DNA from: Camelus dromedarius
Lineage: Eukaryota
Direction of reading: 5' to 3'
Length of the DNA: 64,000 nucleotides
NCBI RefSeq assembly: GCF_036321535.1
Contig: NC_087436.1
Location: 6,138,001 to 6,202,000 of the forward strand
Position 1 is the first letter of the stretch. Every line of letters starts with the position of its first letter. The notes beneath the pieces were generated by a model. The model ran no database searches and had not been told where the DNA came from. It saw nothing but the letters and a program-made list of their open reading frames with translations. Shown here piece after piece: positions 13,001-25,619 of this stretch. The position numbers and the translations under genes are program-made.

Positions 13001-16000
13001 GGGCAATGAGTGAGGACAGTGATGTATAGTGATGCTGAGAAAAATACAGAGAAGCTAAATTAATGCACAAAGTTTTATTGTCTTTGTTGTAACTGTGGTC
13101 GCTCTTCAAGCAGAGATGGTCGGGAGACACGCTGAGGATCTGACTGTATCCCAGTCGTTGGGAACCAGGTGTGGGGGAGAGACCTGTGATCCACAGCGGA
13201 GGCAGATGGATGAACCCTTGAGGAGGACCAAGGGGTGGAATTCAGGTGAACCGTCAGGCGCACCTGTGATGAGTGCAGGGGCACGTCCATCTTAACAAGC
13301 GGAGTGAAGACAGGTGTTAAATTGTGTGTGTGAAAGTGACAAAACACGGAAGAGGAGTTGGTCTGCTTGGAGCAGGGACCCCTCTCCATTTTAACAAGCA
13401 GAGTGCACATCATCCTTACAGACACAGCTACGTTTTTATATTTGTAGATGAGTCAAGAAGAGGGTCTTATAACCCTGCATCTATTTAATCCAGAAATTAT
13501 AAAACTAAATCGTCTTCTGATAGTGAGGCTTGCCAGAGGAGATGGGGTCAACTTCGAGGAGAGAAGATGGGGGCAGCAAACTTACCTCAGATTACGGGAA
13601 ACTGAGTAGGAGTCTCAGATGGGGTTGGGCACATTTTGCAGCATGTGGGTAACTTGGAGTGAAATCAGCTACACTTTTTCTGTGTTCTGCGTATCGGTAA
13701 GAAGTTGGGTTAACAGACCAAAAGGTAAGTGACGGTGCGGGAGGCGGAAAATAATGTAGAAGGAGAAATGAATTGAAGACTTGTACTAGTCACACAATGG
13801 TCACCCGGGGATTTGTGGAGAAAGTGAGCCAGAAAAATAAAATGTATGTTTATTCAAAAACAAAAACAAAAACAAGTTTCAATTAGAGACTGGTGACAAG
13901 AGAGTAGAGGGTGGACCCATGAAAACAGATGGCTGGTTTGGACACAGGAAAAATGACTGGAATCAAAGAAAGATCTTTCTAGTCCTCATTTTCCAAGAGC
14001 TTTGACCCACAGTATGTTTTGAAGATGATCAAATATACTTTTAGCCTCTTCTGAAACGGGTGATTTTTTTCTTATTGGGCACACAAATGTGTTAGATCAC
14101 ATGTTTCTAATATTGATTCCTCTCATGGAATAAAAACTATGTGAAAATAGTCTCATTTGCTTCATAGTCTGTTTTATGCAATACACTAAGGTTTTATTTT
14201 GAATTTTCACTTTCACGATCATAAAAAATGATTGCGCTCCACTTTCAGAGCACCATTACCTTCAAAGGCTGAAGGGGACCATTTTCCATCCTTTTCTAGG
14301 CTCTTAACTCCACGACTTGGCATGGAAATGTTGAATCTGTTCCTTGTGCATCTGTAATGCCATCTGTTTCTAGTCAGAGTTTTATGTGCAAATAATTTTT
14401 CAATATGTATTTTTTTCATTTCGTTTCCTATTTCTTGGTATACTTGGAGATGTTCATTACCTTCTACAAAATTACTTCTTTCATAGAAAATTTCAAATGT
14501 CATAGCATTGAGGAATATCCGGTAATGTCGTATAATTTAATCTCCTTCTTATACGTTGTTTTATTCCTCTGTTCTCAGGAAAAAATTAGTACTTCCTGAT
14601 TACAGTTAGCAGAAATTTAACTTTCCAATTTTTTTTCCAAAAGAATTAATTCTTTTATTTCCCTTTGCAATTCTGTTATATTTTCTTACTTTGTACATTC
14701 ACTTCTAATAACTCTTCCATTCCTACATGTTTCTTTTTTCCCTCCCTTCTTTTCTTGGAGGCAGAGGAGGAGAGAATGTGACTTTACAAGTTTTTTCCAG
14801 ACTATTCTAAATTGAAGGCTTGGTTCATTTTTGTGTTATTGCTTAATCATAGAATCACATTCGAGTTTGGCTTTGAGTCAATTCTATCACTTTTGTAATG
14901 TAGCGTTCTCATTTTTATTATTTTTCCAGTGATTTATAAAAGTTTATAATTATACATCATAATGACTATTTTTATTTTTTGCCTGAAGTATAGTCAGTTA
15001 CAATGTGTCAATTTCTGGTGTACAACACAATGTTCCAGCTTTTTTTAATCCCAAAAGTTTAGTTGATGAAAGTTCACATTTTGTTGACAACTTTTGCCTT
15101 ACAGTTTGAATTCTGTCTTCATAGCATCAGAGTTTTATTTTGATGTGTATTAAAAAAAGCTGACTTGGAAATCTTACGTAAAGAAAAGGCTGAGAGTCAT
15201 TGTAATTAATTTGATATCCTGGGCACTGAAATACCTCACTAACATTGCCCCAATTCACGAACAACCTGTAACTAGCAGCTTAACTTTTCTTTTAAATGTT
15301 CTTTATCATGGTGGGGTTTTTTGCATGTCGTTGCTTTTTTCTTTTGAAATTTACTCAAAAATAAAAACTCTGCAAGTTGGTAAGTTCTAATACCTTGGCA
15401 GAAAGAACAAAGGATAGAAAAAAATACCGTTACGACTGAGACAGACATTATCTAACTACCAGGGTTTAATAAGTATATGTGGTGTGGCAGTAATTGTTGT
15501 GCCTACGTGCTGATGTTCTGTGAACAAAAGAACGCCGCTAATATCTGTATGGTGCTTTGAACTTTATAATTCATACTTGACTGGTGCCAGCTTTAGGTTT
15601 GAAATTCCCAAACCAATCATGACACGATTTGTTTTTTTGCACGTCTGTTATTAGAGAGTCAAGCCATGAGAACGTCGCTTACTCTGTCCATCAGAGTTAG
15701 ACAGCATACAAAGGATTGCAACTCCACACTGTCTTCCCAAGGGGCTGGAGTACCAGTCACAGAGCCTGAACTTCACTGAGGTTTTCTGTTTGGGTGGTGG
15801 CCCTGGTTAAATGAACACTCAGGAACTGAGTCAAGAAAATTAATTCTAAAAATGAGAAGCAACAGAAGAATAACAAATGTATTTATGATACGTGAAACAT
15901 GTGTTTCTTATTAGGAATCACTTAAGAGTGTTACTGATGAATAACAAGGTTGGCGTGTTCCCAAATGTCACGTGCAATGTTCGAAGTTAAATGTTGATGT

Positions 16001-16460
16001 TAGAGTATGTACTGAAAGCTAGATTCATCTGGGAATCCTGTGATAAACTTTGATGAATTGTCAAATCTTTATATAACTTTTTTCTTCCCCTAGGAGCAGA
16101 TTACATCTTCCTCGGTTCCCGTCTTTAAAGTTGTGTGTATTTTCAAATAAAATATACCCTTTTATGTTTAGTTGTTCATCCAAGCTTCCTTCCTATTAAA
16201 AAAAAAATCCATTTCTCATTTGCTCAGAGCCATGCACAACCATGAATGCATTTAAAAATTGCTTCAGCATATAAACATTCCATTTTCCTCAGAGGGCTTG
16301 TCCATGTCTTGGCCTCATGAAGTCACAAGATGGACTTACTCCAATATCTTTAACCATTTTTACTGCTGTTTCTCAATTTCCTTTGTCACCGCTTCCTCCT
16401 TTGCCCTTAAACATTGGTGCATCTCAAAATCCCAGCCTTGAGCCCTTCTCTTTCCATCTT

Positions 16461-16592
16461 CTTTTATTTTTTTTAATTATATTTAAAATTTTAGGTTTAT
16501 CTATCTTTATTTTTAATGTAGGTGCTGGGGATTGAACCCAGGACCATGTGCGTGCTAAGTACACACTCTACCACTGAGCCATACCCTCCCCC
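16461..16592 (-). mobile_element. tRNA-derived SINE (Vic-1-like) inserted in L2-like sequence
   Basis: A- and B-box complements; TSD ttccatctt (16452-16460 / 16593-16601). Confidence 0.9.
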
Positions 16593-16910
16593 TTCCATCT
16601 TATTTTCCGTCTAGGCAGAACCATCCTTCTGGCTTAATGATTTCCCACTTATCCATCCTCCGCACAATATCTGACCTTCTTTCAGAAACAGAGGTCATAT
16701 TATCCAACATTCTGATGATTTTTTAGCAACTACTATGCTGTAGGCACGGTTCTGGGAGGAAGAAAATAAAATCACATGGAATATGGTCCTCAGAACAGAA
16801 GCATTAGCAGCCCACTGGGTGATCAGAGTCCTCTACTTCTAGAAACCCTAATGACTCTCCTTTACCATAAAATATGTCCAGACATAACCTACACAGATTA
16901 GAGTCCCTCC

Positions 16911-17330
16911 TGTAGTGAACACTCCCTGATTCCTCTCTCTCTGGTAACATTCTGAACTCTTTTGGAAATCAACCCCTTGTCACTCAGGGTACCCACTTTT
17001 TCAGAACAAGAGCATGTGGCTCAGGGTTGGCCAGTCAATATACTGAATTCTCTAGACAGTGCTGACTAATTTAAGGATGGACCTATGAACCAGGCTTAGC
17101 CAGTATGGACCATTTTCCCTTCCTGGTTGCAGAGGTTGGTAGGAAATGGCCAGGTGACCCAAGGTGATCCAATAAGAAGAGATCTCAGGACTCAAAAGAG
17201 ACATTAAAGCTTTTCCTGTAGACTTGAACTTGGGAGGATGTCACTGGAAGTTATCCTTGTCATATTGGGAACAGGAAAAGAGAACCTATCTGCATTAGGT
17301 TTTGCCTCAGGAAGTAGAACAACCTTAAGC
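16911..17330 (+). mobile_element. Old MaLR LTR (MLT1 J/K/L-like)
   Basis: Starts tgtagtg; contains catgtggctcagggttggccagtca and ggccaggtgacccaaggtgatccaataaga, motifs typical of old MLT1. Confidence 0.55.
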
Positions 17331-17539
17331 CATAAAGAAAAGGGGATTTGTTACTATGATAACACTTTCCTCAACTGTGAAGGCTGCTGACAAAATCCAT
17401 GGGAGACCATGGTCTCCACGTCCAGAGACAGCACTGAAACTGACGTTCAAGAAGGAAAATGAGGCATAAAATGGGGGCAGAAAGACAGAAAATGGGAACC
17501 CGTGAATTCACATTGGAACCCACAAAAATGAACTGGGAC

Positions 17540-18170
17540 ACATGAGGACAAACAAGAACCTGAACCCATGAGTCACCCCTTGACCTTGACCGCACATACC
17601 TTGCTGAAGAAGCTGATGTACTTCCCGACAAGGAAGACTCACGCTTTCCCTGGACCCAGAGAAGCTGGAGGACGAGGTGCTGCAGGTGCAGGGAGAGATC
17701 CAGGCACACAGGTGTCCCATGTCCACAAGGTAATGGGACAGGGGGAAAGGGGGCAGGGCACAACCACTGAAGGAATGACACAGCAGCTGAGGACAGGATA
17801 GACTGGTTAGAATCAAGATGGTGGAAGATTCGACTCCCAGTAGACCTTGAGCCTCATGCACACCCACAGATGCCATGATAGTGCCTAGGTTGACCATAAA
17901 AGATCCAAAAGTGGGCGGGGCCCAATTCCTGGAAACCACCCCCTTCCTCAAGTAGTTGGAATAATCCTCCTACTTATTAACAAATGAAATTACTGAGTCC
18001 ATGTAAACTACCCACCCCAGACCTTGTGGTTGCTCTCTCTCTCTTGACTTCTGAGGCAGCCCACTCTGTCTATAGAGTGTATATCTCGCTAAATAAACTT
18101 GATTTCACTTTACGATGCCTCACTCTTGAATTCTTTCCTGCCCGAGGCAAGAACCTGTTCTCCTACAACA
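17540..18170 (+). mobile_element. ERV1-like LTR (5' boundary uncertain, may start near 17376)
   Basis: caagatggtggaagattcgact; GC box gggcgggg; ctaaataaacttgatttcacttt...ctcttgaattctttcctgc...gcaagaacc is a typical ERV1 R/U5. Confidence 0.75.
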
Positions 18171-18204
18171 GTAAGACAACACATCAGCATTATCACCTGG
18201 CCTC

Positions 18205-18500
18205 TGACACAAACTGAGCAGGACCCTGTGGGGTCCTCCCTGGTATAAATCTTTACGTGTCCCCCATTTCTATTTGTAGGAACTAGTGTTCATTCAGCCT
18301 CTTTGACCGTCCCTGAGAGCAAATTCCCTCAAAAGGGCAGATTCAAACAGTTGCTAATCAGGGAAGGGAGGGAATGCAGAGACAAAGGAGGAGCAGTCAA
18401 GAAACAGTAGTGCAGCCTTGGGGCAGGGTCCTGGTTCCTCCTCAAGGGATATACATAGCAGTACTTTTGAGTTCTTCTGCAGGAACTAAGGCCTCCATCC
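18205..18500 (+). mobile_element. ERV1-like LTR, 5' (U3) portion only
   Basis: aaactgagcaggaccctg...aggaactaaggcc; reverse-complement homologue of about 19066-19342. Confidence 0.8.
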
Positions 18501-18509
18501 AGGTGAATG

Positions 18510-18955
18510 GCTGTTTTATTGCTCAGAAGAGGAAAAAGTGCCTTTGCGGGGAGCCATCAGCCAAGACAGCTGGTTGAGACAGCTCCAGCTGCAGCTTGGA
18601 CCACGTGGACTTTCATGTGAGGCTTCCACCATCAGGTCCTTGCTCAGGGTGTGATGGAGTCAATTGCCTTGTCTTCCTTCCTTGTATGGGCTTTTCTGGT
18701 TGCTGTCATGGCAACTGTTACTTGCCAAGGTGTTGGTGGGTGTGTCATTTAGCATGTTAATGCATTGCAATAAGTGTATAATGAGGCTCAAGGTCCACTG
18801 GACGTCAGATCCTCCACCATCTTGGGCTCAGTTGGTTCTAACCAGTTCTTATTTCTTCTCATTGCAGCTGTCTCCTGAGACTTAGATTAGAGTAATTGGT
18901 TTCTTTTTGAGGGAAGAGCAAGCTTATGATCCCAGGGGCAATAGCCTTGGTAACA
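18510..18955 (-). mobile_element. Second-family LTR, antisense, truncated just after its poly(A) signal
   Basis: Ends ccttggTAACA (TGTTA on the - strand); tttatt near 18515; ccaccatcttgg motif common in ERV1 LTRs. Confidence 0.65.
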
Positions 18956-19345
18956 GAAAGGAAAGTTGCTTTTAATCAGAATCCTAGTAGTCTGGTAGAC
19001 TCACTGTCCCCCCAAAACACCGTCTCCAAAGATTCTGCTCAGCCATAAACAAGAGGCAGGGGTTGGGGGGCCTTAGTTCCTGCAGAAGAACTTAAAGATA
19101 TTATTATGCATATTCCTTGAGGAGGAACCAACGCCCTGCCCCAAGGTTACACTATTGTATCTTGACTGTTCCTCCCTTTTCTCTGAATTCCCTCCCTTGC
19201 TGGATTAGCAACTGTTTGATTCTGCCCTTTGGAAATCAGGGAAGGTCAAGGAGGCTGAATGTACCCTAGTTCCTACAAACAGAAATGGGGGACACAGAAA
19301 GTTTTGTACCAGGGAGGGCCCCCCAGGGCCTGCTCAGTTTCAATA
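18956..19345 (-). mobile_element. ERV1-like LTR, same family as 18205-18500, antisense
   Basis: Ends cctgctcagtttca; antisense ATTAAA near 18971; U5 apparently missing. Confidence 0.8.
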
Positions 19346-20104
19346 ATACCTGTTCGTTGGTTGCAGAGGTTGGAAATAGGTAAACTTACACCTGTTTTAG
19401 TGTTCAGAACTTGCCCTTACTGAGGCAACTCCATTCCTGGTCTTGATATGAAATGCAGGACTTCGGAGTGTGATTCTTGTTCTTATGGCCCTCTGTGCAT
19501 TTTGTAATGAAAAGACCAGCTTAGGTTGAAATTGGTTCATCTGAGGGCAGATGGGAAAAAAAAAATGTGGCTTTACTAAGAAATGCCTTTCTTGCCTGAG
19601 ACTCATTCAAGGTCGCTGAGAAATGTGAAAGCTGAATTCTCTCCTCCAAACTAAAGTGACTGCCAACAAAAGCAGGTAAGTAGGAACAATAGCAGGAAAT
19701 TATATTAAAATCTGTGAGGAGTCATTTTCACCTCCTCCAAAGAAGCTCCTCTTTTAAACCACCTGGAAAGGAGGGTGACGACCTCACCTCACAGATGCCA
19801 CAACAGGTATGTGGGAACAGGAGTCAGAGCAGTCACGTCTCCCCCTGTCAATGTCAGAGTGTTAAGTTACCCCAGGGCAGAAGCAAGGTGTGGATGACTC
19901 GGATGAAGGTTGGGAGCGGGGGGCAGAGCAAAGTGGCTGGAGGGAATTAAGGGAAAAATAGGGGTCCTGGTTCTAATACAAATGCTGGCTTGAAGAGATA
20001 TCTGGTTTCTAGTAGGAGCCCATGGAATTATCTAGAACACATGAACTGAAAGCCTACTTAAATTTTTTATAAGTATTTTTTAAAAAAAATTTTAGGCACA
20101 TTCT

Positions 20105-20292
20105 TTTTTTATTGAAATGTAGTCAATGTTGTGTCAATTTCTGGTGTACAGTATAATGTTACAATCATATACATGCATACACTCATTTTCATATTCTTTT
20201 TCACCACAAGTTACTACAAGATATTGAATACAGTTCCCTGTGCCATACAACAGAAACTTGTTGTTTATCTATTTTATATATAGTAGTTTGCC
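20105..20292 (-). mobile_element. LINE-1 3' end fragment
   Basis: Poly-T, tgtgtcaatttctggtgtacag...ttgtttatctattttatatatagtagt. Confidence 0.85.
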
Positions 20293-20414
20293 AGACCATA
20301 AGCACCCATACCCAGACCTGATGGATGGAGTTGATATTAACAGGAGGGCAGAGGCTTAGACCTGGGTGTAGTAACCGGGAATAAAGGATTAAGAATAAGT
20401 TGTGCGTGTATATT

Positions 20415-20915
20415 AGGTGGCCAAAGGGGTGGACTGGAGTAGACCTCTGTTGCTTTAAAGCTGCCATAACCCAGGTCCCCTGGGTTCTCCCAGTGGGACT
20501 CCACCCTCAGCTGCAGGGGTGCAGGAGAACCTTACTCTTGGCAACAGTACAGAGCAGCATGGGCTCAGGAAGGCAACTGATCAACCGAACCAGACTGACT
20601 CACATGTCAAGCATGGGCGTGGCCAGAGGGAGCTTCGACCTCTTTCACTGGGAGTGATATGGGGTAGAAAGCCTACCCAGGATAAAGAGATCCTCCAGCG
20701 AAACATGAACCCAACAGAGAAGACACAGAACTGAGCAAAGCAGATGGGAAACTCCGTCGTGCTGATGAAGAAATGCCCTGAGTTGAGGAGACACCAAGAA
20801 TAGATGTTTAACTCACCCTAGATTTTCAGTCATATAAGCTAATTCATTCTCTTTCAGTTAAAGGTACCTGAGATTGAATTTGCTTTCCCTTTTAACAAGA
20901 AAATAAACCCCAACT
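20415..20915 (+). mobile_element. ERVL/MaLR internal 3' end plus MLT1-like LTR
   Basis: tggccaaaggggtggac (as recalled, the ERVL/MaLR internal end) followed by tggagtagac; 3' end ctagattttcagtcatataagctaattcattctctt is MLT1-like. Confidence 0.5.
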
Positions 20916-21383
20916 CACCTTTCCAATGTATTTCTCCTGCCCCAACCCACAATTTTACACCATCACCACACAAGCATAACCAGTCTCACATTCTGAAGGC
21001 TCAACACTTGGACAGCTTCAGACTGAAATGTTCGTCTTCCTTTCCTGCCTGGGAACTTCTATTTACCCACTAAGGTTTTCCTTTCTGTTTCCTCCTTTGT
21101 AAAACTCCTCCTCAACATTCCAAATGGACTCACGTGTTTCCAAAGTTATTACCATTTCCAAGATGACCACTAAAACAGCTGATCTACTTGTTGTGGGTAT
21201 CTCTTAGATGTGATAACAAGTTTTTGTTAATTAGTTGGTGAGTTTCTGCTTTTCCACATCCTGTTAGTTGATTTGGCTTTCTACAGAAAATCTCTACATA
21301 GGATTTAAGTACTTTGTAACAAGAGACTGGTGGTAGCAGTCACATTACCATTTACAAAAAGTGCATTCTTTTCATAAAATCAC

Positions 21384-21484
21384 TTTTTTTTAATCACTTT
21401 TTTTAATGGAGGTTCTAGGGATGAACTCAAGATCTCATGCATGCTAATTATGTGCTCTACCGCTTACTGAGCCATTATCCTCCC
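21384..21484 (-). mobile_element. tRNA-derived SINE (Vic-1-like), diverged
   Basis: SINE body with 11-bp TSD cataaaatcac (21373-21383 / 21485-21495). Confidence 0.85.
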
Positions 21485-22391
21485 CATAAAATCACCTTTT
21501 AAAACAAGTATACCACTTCTTTTCTGAGTAGGAAAGTTATATTCTTAAATAATATGATGCTTATTTCTAATTTTTCTCCACAGAGTAGAGACTAAATGGG
21601 TATTGGCTCCTAATTATGTTCAAATTTTGTGTACTTTTCTTTGTCAAGTCCCTCCCAAATTTTTTCTTTTCTTTTTATTTACTCGCATTTCAGTAAGCAC
21701 TTGAGTTGGCTGAAAATAATACTTTTCTGAAGATCCATAAACAAGAATATCTTAAAGCAGACAACAGTCTGTGGTGAAGGTTTATGTTTTCAATGCCTCA
21801 TTTTATGTTATGCAGTCCGATCTGATGCCCGGAGGAAAGGTGATACAGTGACAGACAATGATTAACAAGACTGTTTTTAGGTATTACCCTGGTGACCCAA
21901 ATAGAGACATTTATTTTTGAGTTAGGATGTAACAACAACAAAAAATCTCATATCCTCTGTTTCCTTTAGTTCAACAAGTTCCAGATTGGTGTCTTGTAAG
22001 CTATTTCTCACGTGTTTACGGAACAATGCTGCTTTATTAGGAAGTGGCCTGCTGGCTGAGCTCCCTTGCATTGTATTACAGCGTTTTCCCCCATTTGAAT
22101 CAGAACAAGAAACCAAGAAGTTCATACTTCCTCACTGATTCTGGAAAACCCATACCATGTATAATATAGCATGGGCCTTATTATGTCCCAACAATTGCTG
22201 GAAGTGTTTTCTTTTATAACAGAATTCAAGAATATCCAAATTAAAAAGCCAACAAGGGTTCCTCTGGAAACCAAGCCTAAAAGTATCATAATTCTCTTAA
22301 AGGATAAAATCTCTTAAAGGATAATAATAACCCATGAGTTAGGTACTCATCGCTTGTAAGCCTGTCATTTTTTCTCAATGGTTTCTCGTTT

Positions 22392-22904
22392 TGTTACAAA
22401 AAAGAACAAACCTAACTCCATATGAGATCTGCTTCTTTGGCTCTAACCCTGTGCTCTGTTTCCTGGGCTCAGTCATGCTGGTTCTGCACCTTTTGTAAAA
22501 GAATATTGCCTAGAGCCTGAAATAGACAGAAGAACCCATTCTCAAGGCTCTGACCTTTAAGAGGATAACACTTTCCCATTCATAGTGATAAAAAGTTGCG
22601 GAACAGAAAAGAACATTTGTTGGAGGTTTACAGGGACACCAAGACCTGACCCACGCCGAGAGCTGCAAGAACAAAGGATTTTGACACCAAGAAGTTTGCA
22701 ACAACCAACCACACCCCCTCCCCTTTTCAGTATAAAAGGAGCCTAAATTCTGGCTTGGGTAAGATGGTTCTCCAGGACATTAGTTCCCCATCTTCACACT
22801 CTGCCAGCTTTCTGAATAAAGTCACTATTCCTTGCCCCAACACCTTGCTTCCTGATTTATTGACCTGTTGTGCTGCAAGCAGAATGAGTTTGGACTCAGT
22901 AACA
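22392..22904 (+). mobile_element. Solo LTR, ERV1-like (same family as 7066-7596)
   Basis: TGTTA...TAACA termini, TSD gttt (22388-22391 / 22905-22908), TATAAAA at 22731, AATAAA near 22815. Confidence 0.9.
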
Positions 22905-23053
22905 GTTTGTTGAGTATATTATTGTAATTTGTGGCTGTGAAAGATAATAAAAGGGATCATTTTTAAAGTCTTGATGTTTCTCTACAATTCATGGGAAGAA
23001 TACAAATCCCTCAAGTCCTCAAAGTAAAACTGGGACACATGTGAATTTCAGCC

Positions 23054-23489
23054 TGACAGACAAGCTCAAACTCCATTTTGCGAATCCACCGCTATTTCCC
23101 AACAAGCAGAGCCTACCGCAAGTAACAACTTCCGCCTTCTGTGAAACCCACCAATCAGCATCTACCCTTCAGCATACCTCATCTGCATAACAACTTCCGC
23201 CTCCCCAGACCTGAGTGAGGACTACTGGCTGGAAAGTTCATCCCCGCCCCTCTCTCTTTCAGACACGCCCCTTTCACTTTCAGCATACCCACCAATCAGA
23301 ACTTACCTCTCAGCACCCGGCATTTGCATAAGAACCCACCAATCAGCTCCGACCTCCAGGCATAAAATAACCAAGTCTGTACCAACAGAGTGCGCTCCAG
23401 GATGGCTGGAGACCTCTCGGCAAGTTTCTCAGAATAAACCTGTCTCTTCTGGTGAGCTGTCTCTCCTTTCTTTCTCTCCGATTCTAACA
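23054..23489 (+). mobile_element. Solo LTR with 5-bp TSD
   Basis: TG...CA termini, TSD cagcc (23049-23053 / 23490-23494), TATA-like cataaaa at 23361, AATAAA at 23433, repeated U3 modules. Confidence 0.88.
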
Positions 23490-23679
23490 CAGCCTCCAAG
23501 TGAGACTGCTTCTCACATTTAGGACAGAAATAATATTGAGAGAAGAAAAAAGTGTGGTTTAATAGAAAATGGAGTTTTACCCTCTTTCTGCTTTAGTTCC
23601 CATCCATTTGCTCCCCATTTTCTGCCTTTTTATCAACTAGAATCCAACTCTTTGTACATTGAATATGCACAATGTGATG

Positions 23680-23925
23680 TAAAAGAGTGACCTTGGGCCC
23701 TGATCATAGATTCATCTGGGTCTGATTGCTGACCTCTTTCTTCTATAGCTTAGTTCAATTCATTTAATTTCTTGAAACTGCAATTCCATTGACTATAAGA
23801 TGAGAAATTGACTTTGCTTACAAGTTTGCGATGACTCCATTAAAGAAAATGTATAGAAAGCACATGAAATATCAAAAAAAAAAAAAAAAAAAAAGCCTGG
23901 GGAGACTCAATAAATAGTGGGCATT
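23680..23925 (+). mobile_element. MIR with internal poly-A expansion
   Basis: ctgggtctgattgctgacctct...ctataagatgagaa...gtatagaaagcac...ctcaataaatagt. Confidence 0.55.
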
Positions 23926-25619
23926 CCTGATTCCTGATAAGCCCTGGACTGAGAACACCCACAGCAGCAGTGTTTATCCCCTGTGGGCACTCGCCTTAGG
24001 CCAGACGTCTTCACAAACGCCATCTACTTCAGCTATCCTGTAAGGACCAGTAGACACTGTTACATTGTTGATGTTGCTGTTTAGTTGTGTTTCACCAGTA
24101 TGGCCCCAAGTTTGCAAAATACAATGTACTCTACTGAGTTAAATTCTTAGATTGGGAGAAAAGGTCACTGATATTCTGGAAGGAAAAAAATAAATATGAC
24201 AAACTGAAGAGGACCACACATGTTCCCTCCCCTCTGCTCAGAAGCAAATCTTCCCACTCTGGGCAGCAGCTCTCTTTGGCTCCCCTGCCCCCTCTGAAAG
24301 TTACACAATGTCTCTTTGTCTTACTGAGCCTCATCTTTGTCTCTTTCAAATCAGATGCAGCCACCCCTGCCTGATTTTGTCTCCCAGAAGAGAAGCACTA
24401 TTAGTTGCTCGAGACGTCTATTTGTTTGTTTTGGTGGAGAGAGCTTTGGACTGACCATTAACCAGAGATCACAGCGAGACTCATGGGCTCTCCCAGGCAG
24501 GCCACCATGGGCGTCTGGTCAGTGTACCATTTTCATCCATCAACCCCATCCATTTCCACTGACCTACGCGGGTGCATAGGCATGTCACAGGTGCCATGAG
24601 AAATATTTATCTTCTGAGACCAAAAAAAAAAAAAAAAAAAAAAAAACAAAGAAAGAAAGAAAAGAAAGTGGAGAACACTTTTCTTTTGAAATTGATGAGC
24701 CCTAGACTCGGTCCATCAGTTGTGAACTTGACACAGCAGAGAAACAGAACAGAGGTGCATTGTGTCAGCTGCAGCCTCGCTGGTTGACAGCCCAGAGGGT
24801 AAATTCATCATTCCTGCCACCAGGTGAGGGCCGGTGCTCTGATTCTTGCACCCAGGCTGGGGACTCCGAAGGCTCTCCAGGAATCCTTGGTACCACAGGC
24901 ACCAATCCTCATGTTTTACAACGTGATCCTAAAAGTATGCCAATGACCTTGTCTGTAGAGAAATCATGAAGCAGTGCATTGGTGAACATAAGTACACATA
25001 ACATCAAATTAAATAAATAACCATTCTAATGTATAAAGTCAAAAGAATGCATTTTGTCTAAATGTGCCAAAGGGACAGGTTTATCCTGTCATTAAGACAA
25101 GTTACAAAAAAAAAAAAAAGACAAGTTAGTAAGTTTCAGTCCAGACTCCATAACTTACTCTCTGAGAGTTTGAGCCAGTTCTTTGTGTCTCATTATCCAT
25201 CTTATTGGGTGAGTTATACTCAGAAGTTTGTTTTGAGAATTTATTGACGGCAGCTCAGAGCATTTTTTTGGAAAACCTTCAATAAGTGTTAGCCAATATT
25301 ACCTTTAAAGTATCCAGGAAATTACTATTATTCTACCCCAATTTACACTGTCCAGCTTCAGAAATTGAAAAAAATAGCATATTTAAATATTTAGACCACA
25401 GCATTTGATTATAGAAAATATAAACCAAATATTTGCATAAATGCAGGACTCTCTTTTGGGTTTGCATTTGAATATGTCAAAATATGACAGTGCATTCAAG
25501 CTTCCAGTAACTCATTCAAATAAACATTTTTTAATCTGCACACATGCTAAACTTCTTTCTATTTTTCATCTGTACAAAGCTTGTTTCCAGTTCAGATTTT
25601 CAATAGCTGGTTTCTTTCC

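Noticed and set aside
13721..13730. Perfect splice donor aag/gtaagt
   Set aside because: Isolated; no supportable upstream acceptor or coding frame, and expected by chance in 64 kb.
18205..19345. DNA transposon/MITE with long terminal inverted repeats
   Set aside because: The arms are diverged retroviral U3 sequences, with no shared TSD and no transposase.
7066..22904. Full provirus bounded by two LTRs
   Set aside because: The LTRs are inverted, each has its own TSD, and no gag/pol/env lies between them.
23123..23346. CRISPR-like spaced repeats
   Set aside because: These are irregularly spaced short U3 enhancer modules inside a mammalian LTR; there are no cas genes.
22392..23489. Two-LTR mini-element
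   Set aside because: The LTRs are unrelated in sequence and have separate TSDs (gttt vs cagcc).
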